Shown: in pieces, positions 56,828 through 64,000 of the stretch
How the letters are laid out: each line of letters begins with the position of its first letter
Position numbering within the stretch: position 1 is the first letter of the stretch
IMG/VR virus record: IMGVR_UViG_3300046703_000335
Coordinates: 124,001-188,000 of that record
Strand: one strand, 5' to 3'
Length of the DNA stretch: 64,000 nucleotides
Translations under genes and position numbers: made by a program
Notes under the pieces: generated by a model
What the model was told of the DNA's origin: nothing
Database searches by the model: none
Seen by the model: only the letters and a program-made list of their open reading frames with translations

Positions 56828-56869
56828 AAAGGCTCCTGGTACAAAACAACCTGTACCAGGAGCCTTTTT
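56828..56869. terminator. Bidirectional terminator between convergent genes
   Basis: 16-bp perfect stem AAAGGCTCCTGGTACA/TGTACCAGGAGCCTTT. Confidence 0.85.
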
Positions 56870-56883
56870 AATACACTATCCGT

Positions 56884-59466
56884 TTACATAAACTCTTTTA
56901 AGAATCTTCCATGATCAGCAGCAATAGGAGCTACTTTGAAAAGTTCTTCTTTTAGCGAAGCATATTTCTTACCAGCATTAAACAATCGCTTCATCTTAAG
57001 AGTATAATTATTTCCTCGAATCTTCCCATACTCATAGAAGGACAGAGCTTTATTCTGTGCGAGGCATTCTTTAAAATACTCTGACACTATTATAGTAGGA
57101 GTCTCAGCCTGATATTGTGGTATCATCCCACAGGCTTCTATAAACTTATTCCAACTACCATAATAGTGCTCAATAACATGTGAGGGTGCCCCCAAAATTG
57201 ATTTTTCACGATAGGTCTCTCGAGACATCCCTAATTTTAAGCTAACTTCTTTAAACTTATTCTGGATTGTATTCTCGTCAAAAGATACCGAAAAAGCTCT
57301 TTTATTTACTTCATGTGGAGCATCAGTGCACTTTATAATATTATCATAACTGTTTTTTAAGTTAACCCAGTTAATCGAGTCCTTAACATGTCTGGAAAAC
57401 AACAAGATAACTTCATAACTGTCTGAGGTAGTCACATGCTTAAAAGGTATTCTCAACACTTTAAATAACTTATACCCTAAATTACTACATGTGTTTATTG
57501 ATCTTTCAATAAGGGGAACTTTTTGGTTGGGGCTATAACAGACACCGAATACTCCATCCTCCCTCAAGGATTTAATACAACCTTTTACAGTAGCATCCCA
57601 ATACTGAGTCAACCAATCGGAAAGTTCTGGAAATCTATTGATACTTTGAGATTCTTCATTAGAATAGCTTTCATAATCAAAGTATGGTGGTGATGAAAAT
57701 GCTAATCCAAAATAATTCGTGTAAGGGATATCAACTTCAGAGCCCTTATTGTGTACACAATAATTTCCCCCTAAGTTAGCTTTTACAAATGCTCCGAAAT
57801 TTAATAGATTTTCATATGTTATAGTATTAGGCTCAAAACCTACATACTCCATACCTAAAGACATTGCTGCCAGCATCCTTGAACCAAAACCAGCAGAATA
57901 ATCTAATACCTTACCATTTTTACAAAAGTTGGCATATATATACCTAGCTATTGAGGGCTTAAAGTTACTTACAACAGTATTCATTAACTTTAGCCCTTTA
58001 CGCATTGAAGAATCATTTATTCTATCTGCGTACCTCAACCTATTCTCTACTAACTTTTTAAAAAAAGTCTCATCAACCCATACATCTATAGGTGCTGGAT
58101 AACCTTTACGTTTACTGCTATATATATTCGGAAAAAACTTCTCGCATAATTCCATCCCAGAGGTGTTAAAGCTTAAGAGATCGCCATCACATGTTGAAAT
58201 CCCGTTGTCTTTAAAGCTCCTTAACAAATAAAGAGCCCTACTGTCTGATATGTCTGAAAATGGAAAAGGTTTCCCCCAATATTGCTCAAAAGTCATATTA
58301 AACATCCGGGCCTTCATAACATCATTACCTACCCTATAAAATTTAGGATGTACCATTAATGGGGTTAAGGTATTAACCTTATCGGGGATTAAGAACTCTT
58401 CAGGTATCTTATATAGGACATCCGGAGTGGCTACTTGATATACAATATCAAAAAATTCCTTATAAAATTTTTTAGAAAAACTTATCCCACTTTTATAAAG
58501 CTGAAAACCCCACCCCAACTTATTCTCTAAAAAATCAACAAAAGCACTTAGTTGTTCCTTTATAGGGCAATAATTATTAATTATAAGAAATCGAGAATCA
58601 TCATCGTAATAACCATCATCTATAAACCAATAGGCCAATATTCTTTCATCCCAGTACTCTGAAATTAAGTCTATTGGAATTAGCTTACCTTCAACACCCT
58701 CTTTATAAAAAGATTCTCTAAACTTTGAGAAATGTTCACTCTGAATTGTTGCAAAACGTAACCCTGTTCCGTTATCACAGGGGTAGCAATTAGTGGAATA
58801 AGGTTCTAAAAGTTTATGTTTTAAACGAAGGTACTGCTCTTGTTTTAATGAGTGACTCTCATAATATCTTGGAGAAGAATCTATTCCACCATCCCCAAGT
58901 AGACCACCAATAATTAAGACAATCTGATTATGTGTTAAAGGAGGAGACTGCTTCTGTGTTTTTAATAAAATCCCTTTATCTTGTATTATAGGTCTCCAAG
59001 TAGTTTTTGAAACACCATATTTAGAAGAAAATTCTTCTTGTGTTAATTCATAATAATCTTTTTCAAGAACTTCTTTTGGAGTCTGTATGACTCTTTCTTT
59101 TTGTATATCATTAACTTTTATAGATATCCCAAGATTCAATTTCTTCCTTCTATATGCTACACCCTCTCCAGACATCTTAAAAAGTTTGCCAATATTTGAA
59201 TCTGTTTTTCCTTCAGCGTGCAAGGTTCTCAAGATATCATCAGTGAGTTTATTCTTAAGATCTTTTCGTATACCCTCATACACCACAGTAATTTTCGAGT
59301 TATATGCCCCTCTACTATCCGAAGTAATACCATAGGTTTTCATTCGCTTAAAGATTGCATCTTCTGAGACACCAAAAATTCCACCTATAGCTTTTGCAGT
59401 AAAACCAAAATCGCAATATAGCCTTTTTATGGATTCCATATTTAATTCTTCGATAGTATACTGCAT
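56884..59466 (-). CDS. HTH repeats + LAGLIDADG endonuclease + amino-DNA methyltransferase (N4C/N6A) fusion
   Basis: LAGLIDADG motifs IIGGLLGDGG and LAYWFIDDG. MTase motifs VLDYSAGFGSRM and FSSPPYF. C-terminal YYGSWNKFIEACG (homing-endonuclease-associated repeat). Confidence 0.85.
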   Translation of the reverse strand: MQYTIEELNMESIKRLYCDFGFTAKAIGGIFGVSEDAIFKRMKTYGITSDSRGAYNSKITVVYEGIRKDLKNKLTDDILRTLHAEGKTDSNIGKLFKMSGEGVAYRRKKLNLGISIKVNDIQKERVIQTPKEVLEKDYYELTQEEFSSKYGVSKTTWRPIIQDKGILLKTQKQSPPLTHNQIVLIIGGLLGDGGIDSSPRYYESHSLKQEQYLRLKHKLLEPYSTNCYPCDNGTGLRFATIQSEHFSKFRESFYKEGVEGKLIPIDLISEYWDERILAYWFIDDGYYDDDSRFLIINNYCPIKEQLSAFVDFLENKLGWGFQLYKSGISFSKKFYKEFFDIVYQVATPDVLYKIPEEFLIPDKVNTLTPLMVHPKFYRVGNDVMKARMFNMTFEQYWGKPFPFSDISDSRALYLLRSFKDNGISTCDGDLLSFNTSGMELCEKFFPNIYSSKRKGYPAPIDVWVDETFFKKLVENRLRYADRINDSSMRKGLKLMNTVVSNFKPSIARYIYANFCKNGKVLDYSAGFGSRMLAAMSLGMEYVGFEPNTITYENLLNFGAFVKANLGGNYCVHNKGSEVDIPYTNYFGLAFSSPPYFDYESYSNEESQSINRFPELSDWLTQYWDATVKGCIKSLREDGVFGVCYSPNQKVPLIERSINTCSNLGYKLFKVLRIPFKHVTTSDSYEVILLFSRHVKDSINWVNLKNSYDNIIKCTDAPHEVNKRAFSVSFDENTIQNKFKEVSLKLGMSRETYREKSILGAPSHVIEHYYGSWNKFIEACGMIPQYQAETPTIIVSEYFKECLAQNKALSFYEYGKIRGNNYTLKMKRLFNAGKKYASLKEELFKVAPIAADHGRFLKEFM

Positions 59467-59553
59467 CTTATTCCCCCTATTATGTAAATTATTAAGTAAG
59501 TATACTATATTTTACGCCAATAATCCATAAATTTTAGATCCTTATGCACAAAT

Positions 59554-59586
59554 AAAAAAGGATTGGTAATTTTACTTACCAATCCT
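59554..59586 (-). terminator. Terminator after major capsid gene
   Basis: AGGATTGGTAA/TTACCAATCCT stem plus T-run on the minus strand. Confidence 0.8.
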
Positions 59587-59650
59587 AAAATGATAACCTG
59601 ATGTTTTACTTTAAGGTAGTATGTAAACACACTACCTTTACAGTTGAAAA

Positions 59651-61660
59651 TTAGCGAGCTATCTTAACCCTTGTAATTGCCAATGGGTTATGGCACCCAA
59701 TACCTAAATTTTCGAAGACTGAAAATCCTATTCTTCTTGCCTTTGGATCATCAGCAGATAGTACTGTAAGTTCGGTACGTACAGGAATGCGCCCGAAAAA
59801 TTCTGGTTCTGCGCAAACATAAGCATAACCAGGATTAACTTTTCTGCTGACGATGATCTGAGCACCCCAAACGGTACCAAGTAGACCACTCTTAAGCAAT
59901 GTCCCTTGAGTTTCAATATCAAGAACGTCTCTTCCCCATTTTCTTAAATCTGCAAAGTCAAGAGCGTTCATGAAAATACGAGCAACTCGAAGATCATGAG
60001 TCTCAATACGTGCAAAAGCGTCAATCAAGTTTGCAGGTGTAAGAGGAGCAACAGCATTGATCTGTGCGTTTACATATGCACTTCCAAGATTGTCAAAACC
60101 AAACTGAGAAACTGCATCCATAACATCAAAGGCACGTGCATCTTCAGCAGCTTGAATTTGAGCTTTTGCCAAATCCTGTGCGCGTTCGATAAGGTCAAAA
60201 CGACGTTCTTTGATCTGTGTCAAAGGCAGTTCAGGATTCGATGCTATTTCGAAAAGAGGGAATATCACACGGCGAGGTTTTGTGATCGCCAGAATGTTTT
60301 CACCTTCTTCTCCGACAACGAAAGCAGTGACGTTAGGATCTTTGTCGTAAATTGGCAGCGCACCATCAGGGAGCTGTTCTACGAGAAAAGCCTTACGTGC
60401 AACTGACGTATAATCTCTGCGAAGACGCAGAGGCTGGATCCACTTTGTTACTACCCTATTTAAGGGCGTATGAGTCTTTCAACTCATATCTCATGGTTAC
60501 CCATGAGTTCAGACTGTATCACTACCTGTTATATACAGGTACTCGGCATGTCTTGACAAATTACTCTGTCAAGGTAGGTCTTATCGCCATTACCAAAACT
60601 TGGTATTAGGCTTCCCTCAGTCGTTGAACCTTCAATGGGGTTTCCCCCAAAGCTTGGCTGCTGATTGTCCTTTGAACGATATCTCTTAGGTAACTTATAG
60701 ATCAAATCATTAGTAATATTATCACGGATATACTCATAAGCAGTATCTCTTGATTCCTTCAAAACCCTAATATGGCATTCACCATCAGAGTTCTCAGTAA
60801 CACTTACAACCAGGTTTAAAACATCCTTAAAGATATCTATAACCAGTTCTTTGTTGTTTTTGAAAAAGCTATCATAAGACACTATAGTAAACCCGTAATC
60901 ACCAACCGCCCCATCATCCATCCACCAAAAAGACAACCCTACACCAGTAAGTTCACTTAGTAGTTCAGCACTCAGTACCTTTGTACCTTCAGGATAAAAC
61001 TTTTTTCTTAACTCTGTAAATTGATGCAAGGCATAACTCCTTGCATCAACATATGAAAAAAGTTCTCCACCGGATATAAAAGCTCTTTCACCATAAAATA
61101 CTTTAGCAGTAAAAAGGCTTCATTATCTCTGCTTTTCTAAGCAATAGTTGCTCTTGTTTCACACTATGCCTACAAAGCCAATATCCAGTCCCAGATGATT
61201 GTACTGCAATGCAGGAATCCCCAAACAAACTCCCATGCAGAAATTCTTTCTGATAGCTATTTAACGGAACCAATCTTAATGCGTTACGATTCAAATGATA
61301 GCCCTTATTTGTACTAATACCATAGATACTTCTTAAGGTACAAACTACTCTATCAGTTAAACCATATTTTTCACCTATCTCAATATCGCATAAACCAGCA
61401 TTGATGTACTCTTCAACAAGCACATCTTCCGGCAAAACACTTATAAGTCTTGCCAGTTTCTCTTCGCTGATTATTACGTTATTGATCTTCATACCTACCC
61501 ATCGTTCAAAGGATGTTCCAGACAATTTACCGAGTTTTACGTCCACCATCCAGAATCAATTAATGGACGCCGCTAACTTTGCACGGCCAGAAGCAGTCTT
61601 AATGTAATCTCCAATGATCTGTTGTTTCAGTTCATTAGTGATTGTGTTTGTTCCTTCCAT
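59651..61660 (-). CDS. Major capsid protein (HK97 fold), spliced: exon 1 61660-61563 joined to exon 2 60440-59651, 295 aa
   Basis: AGGAGG RBS. Exon 1 MEGTNTITNELKQQIIGDYIKTASGRAKLAAS + AT|G joins in frame to IQPLRLRRDYTSVARKAFLVEQLPDGALPIYD...GEEGE...IGFSVFENLGIGCHNPLAITRVKI. Follows the scaffold and decoration genes. Confidence 0.9.
60441..61562 (-). mobile_element. Group I intron (1122 nt) in the major capsid gene
   Basis: 5' exon ends in U (GTCCAT) pairing with IGS GTGGAC. IGS CTGGAT pairs with 3' exon ATCCAG (P10). P AAATTGTCTGGAA, Q AATCAGCAG, R TTCAACGACT, S GATACAGTCT. P3 ACTCGGT/GCCGAGT. Terminal omega-G. Confidence 0.93.
60529..61492 (-). pseudogene. Intron-encoded LAGLIDADG homing endonuclease with a 1-nt frameshift
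   Basis: LHGSLFGDS lies in 61103..61549 and LSFWWMDDG in 60529..61029. Removing one T from the T5 run at 61111-61115 gives a continuous 320-aa ORF (...MKPFTAKVFYGERAF...ALHQFTELRKKFY...). Confidence 0.8.
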
Positions 61661-61739
61661 TTCACTTCCTCCTAAAAAAATAAGTTTTCTGCGTGTCTAC
61701 TATATCATATTATGGATTATTTTCACGGCTAACGATTAA

Positions 61740-62318
61740 TTAGATCGAAAGCTGAACAACCATAAATGGATCAGTTGCACTTGGAGCAATCAATACGATA
61801 CCAACTACGAAAGCTGCAACATCAACAGCTGTACTAACAGCATTGCTGAGCAAGCCATTCTGAGAAACATAAAGTCTTGCACCAGGAAGATATGTGATAG
61901 GAACTCCGGCACCAGCCTGAGTACATGTCTCATACATATCTGTTGAGAAAACGGTACCTGTTCCATGTAAATATGGGCATTTACCACTTGCTACACCAGA
62001 GCTTGACTCGAAAGGATAACCAACAGCGTTATTAATCGCAACACCAACTGGGCGACCAACAAGAACTGATGGAGCTGCATCTGTACCTGTACATGCTACG
62101 ACTGTTCCGTTCACTGTTCCAACACATACAAACTGACCTGCAAGAATACCCTTAGGTGTGTCAGCACTAAGACGAGAATTCGCCAAAGATTGAACATTTG
62201 CACCGTAGTTATCTCTTGTCAGTCCAGCCGCTGTCAGATTCATGAGAGTATTCATTGTCACGCGATTGAGGATATTTAGGCCTCTATCAGGGGCAATTCC
62301 ACTTCCTTCACCAACCAT
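61740..62318 (-). CDS. Capsid decoration/cement protein
   Basis: Between scaffold and MCP. Beta-tulip-like pattern (ASGKCPYLHG, YLPGARLYVSQNGLL, VVGIVL). Confidence 0.65.
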   Translation of the reverse strand: MVGEGSGIAPDRGLNILNRVTMNTLMNLTAAGLTRDNYGANVQSLANSRLSADTPKGILAGQFVCVGTVNGTVVACTGTDAAPSVLVGRPVGVAINNAVGYPFESSSGVASGKCPYLHGTGTVFSTDMYETCTQAGAGVPITYLPGARLYVSQNGLLSNAVSTAVDVAAFVVGIVLIAPSATDPFMVVQLSI

Positions 62319-62439
62319 GTTAAACCTCCTATTAAATGAAACCCAATCCCCTTATGGGGCGGGTAGATACTGTTAAAAATCTTATATCGATCTTTTTACT
62401 ACTGATACCCCTCTAATAAAGTGGGGTATCGAATATCAC

Positions 62440-63447
62440 TTAATTAAAAATTTCTCTTACATCCGGAGCAGTAGACCATAGACTTGATAAGTCACTGGAA
62501 CCACTTGAAGAAGCTTCTTTCTTAACCATACCGGAAAGTTTTGAAGCACCCTTCTTGATAGGAGAAGGCATAACACCACTGAAAATCTGATCAAGAAGAC
62601 TTGCATCTTTTGATGAGCCTTCTTCTTCATCTTCTTCTTTTTTATCCTTGGAGGAAGCTTCGACTTCTTCTTCATCTTCTTCTTTTTTGGCAGAAGCTTC
62701 GACTTCTTCTTCGTCTTTGCCTACTTCTTTTTCAAGCTCTTCAGCTTGCTTTTTCAGGCTGGCAAGTTTTTCTTTTTTCTTTTTAATGTCCAGATCCTTA
62801 GTGCCGGCTTCTTTTTCTTTCTTATCATCTTCGTCTTTGTCGGCAGAGGCATCCTTCTCTTCTTTATCCTTATCATCTTCATCTTTGTCAGCAGAAGCAT
62901 CCTTCTCTTCTTTATCCTTGTCATCTTCATCTTTGTCAGCAGAAGCATCCTTCTCTTCATCTTCTTCATCAGAAGAATCAGAAGCAGCTTTTGCGATCAT
63001 CTGAGCGAGACCTTCTTGGTTTGCAAGAGTCGCATTAAGGCCCTCTTCAGGAAGATGCATAAGAATACCCGCCTGCTTCTCGATAATCTCGTCTGTAGCA
63101 CCAGGAAGCATTCTCTGTGAAGCAATAATAGCTTTGACAGCTTTCTCTTCAAGTCTACGAGCACTTGCGATAGCTTCTTGAGCAGCATGTTTATCAATAA
63201 GAGGAGCATGACCAGTCTCTTCACGTTTCTGATCATCTTTATTTACTTTGTCTTTATTAACGCCTTCATTCCATGCTTCAGGATCACCCTTAGCATATTC
63301 ACCGACACTTGGATTATTCTTGCTGTGTCCAGTATCATTCATATCAAAAACATCATTGTCAATTCCAGAACCCTTATCTTCAACTTGGGCACCTGGTTTT
63401 GACTTCATATCCGAAGCTAATCTGTTAGTCAAACGATTACGAGACAT
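62440..63447 (-). CDS. Capsid scaffolding protein
   Basis: Highly charged, disordered/coiled-coil, upstream of decoration and MCP. Many K-x-A sites. Confidence 0.7.
   Translation of the reverse strand: MSRNRLTNRLASDMKSKPGAQVEDKGSGIDNDVFDMNDTGHSKNNPSVGEYAKGDPEAWNEGVNKDKVNKDDQKREETGHAPLIDKHAAQEAIASARRLEEKAVKAIIASQRMLPGATDEIIEKQAGILMHLPEEGLNATLANQEGLAQMIAKAASDSSDEEDEEKDASADKDEDDKDKEEKDASADKDEDDKDKEEKDASADKDEDDKKEKEAGTKDLDIKKKKEKLASLKKQAEELEKEVGKDEEEVEASAKKEEDEEEVEASSKDKKEEDEEEGSSKDASLLDQIFSGVMPSPIKKGASKLSGMVKKEASSSGSSDLSSLWSTAPDVREIFN
62822..62958. repeat. 48-nt tandem repeat (EEKDASADKDEDDKDK, about 3 copies) in scaffold
   Basis: Near-identical DNA units visible directly. Confidence 0.85.
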
Positions 63448-63516
63448 GCTTGTCCTCCTGTGTCAATTTATTTATGAAGTTCTAATGAACTTGGTTGTTT
63501 TCAGAGAAAAAACAGA

Positions 63517-63532
63517 TATTAAGAGATTATTA
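63517..63532 (-). promoter_or_regulatory. Putative late promoter motif (consensus)
   Basis: Minus strand TAATAATCTCTTAATA, upstream of the scaffold. Confidence 0.65.
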
Positions 63533-63544
63533 TAAAAAAGTTTT

Positions 63545-64000
63545 TTACTCTTCAAATTGAGATAAAATCTTAGCCCATGAAGCTAACTTTTTACACTCTC
63601 TCTGACTTGGCTTGCGACCTATCTCAACTATCATCTTTGTGAAAAAGGGCACCATTCCTGTTGATCCAAGTTTGACTCTGGATAAAGTCTTAACTGCATC
63701 TGTACCAACAGGGATATTAGAAGCATTCTTATCTATAAAGTGCAATATCCCTAAAACATCATCACGAGTGTACCCATACTTTTTAAATTGTTTCCAATTC
63801 TTAGTATTAGATAAAATCATAATACCATTGTACAGCCGATCATTTTTTGTATCTCTTGCAGAAGCTAAAATCTTTTTAAAACTAGCGGACTTGTTCACTA
63901 AGTTATCATTTGTAGAAGTCTCTTCATCCGAAGGACGTCCACTATCTCCGCCATCTTGCTTAGCCTGATCCTTCATGATCTCTCTACGAATCTGATTAAG
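63545..64000 (-). CDS. C-terminal part of a head-morphogenesis protein (possibly the prohead protease), 5'-truncated
   Basis: Frame open to the window edge (LNQIRREIMKD...). Identity inferred only from its position upstream of the scaffold. Confidence 0.45.
   Translation of the reverse strand, partial: LNQIRREIMKDQAKQDGGDSGRPSDEETSTNDNLVNKSASFKKILASARDTKNDRLYNGIMILSNTKNWKQFKKYGYTRDDVLGILHFIDKNASNIPVGTDAVKTLSRVKLGSTGMVPFFTKMIVEIGRKPSQRECKKLASWAKILSQFEE

Noticed and set aside
56884-59466. LAGLIDADG domain as an intein within the methyltransferase
   Set aside because: No splicing motifs flank it, and it lies N-terminal to the MTase rather than within it.
59651-60268. 205-aa ORF as a complete capsid protein
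   Set aside because: The frame continues upstream to the intron 3' splice site. The true start is 61660, with an AGGAGG RBS.
60441-61562. Intein or group II intron in the capsid gene
   Set aside because: The insert has an in-frame stop right after exon 1, no C...HN intein ends and no RT. Group I P/Q/R/S and IGS elements are present.
61708-61721. Late promoter directly upstream of the capsid gene (AATAATCCATAATA)
   Set aside because: Spacing is one base short of the consensus. Plausible, but not supported well enough to list.
62340-62431. Hairpins between the scaffold and decoration genes as an ncRNA or riboswitch
   Set aside because: Two short stems with no recognisable family. More likely mRNA stability or weak termination elements.
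51317-62958. Tandem repeats (51317-51385, 62822-62958) as CRISPR arrays
   Set aside because: They are contiguous in-frame coding repeats without spacers. No CRISPR array, tRNA or rRNA was seen in the window.
1-64000. Alternative genetic code (stop-codon recoding)
   Set aside because: Genes tile densely in code 11, and TAA, TAG and TGA all end genes at tight junctions.

Overview
A 64-kb, AT-rich slice of the virion-morphogenesis region of a large (probably jumbo) contractile-tailed dsDNA phage. It uses the standard genetic code with AGGAG-type RBSs and lies almost entirely on the minus strand. In transcription order (right to left): partial probable prohead-protease gene, scaffold, decoration protein and an HK97-type major capsid gene split by a group I intron (60441-61562) carrying a frameshifted LAGLIDADG ORF. 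Next come a LAGLIDADG-DNA methyltransferase fusion and a cluster of probable internal-head proteins (NDT-like/Acb1-like 2H phosphoesterase fusion, zincin, SWIM protein). Then an RHH regulator plus a 1373-aa multi-glycosyltransferase, neck and surface proteins, an actin-like ATPase, tail terminator, sheath, tube, chaperones, tape measure, baseplate hub and spike, and a >=3037-aa ORF running off the left edge that the ORF track missed. Best candidates for undescribed systems: (i) a self-regulated virion O-glycosylation module whose putative substrates carry G-x-T-G motifs; (ii) a capsid-loading system (shared L-x-K-I-A-D-x-L helix plus K-x-A protease sites) that could deliver anti-defence enzymes and a protein with a cryptic signal peptide; (iii) two independent nuclease-DNA-modifier fusions; (iv) a stand-alone 99-aa copy of the capsid A-domain. 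A TAATA-N6-TAATA motif precedes most operons. All family calls come from motif recognition by eye, not from database searches.
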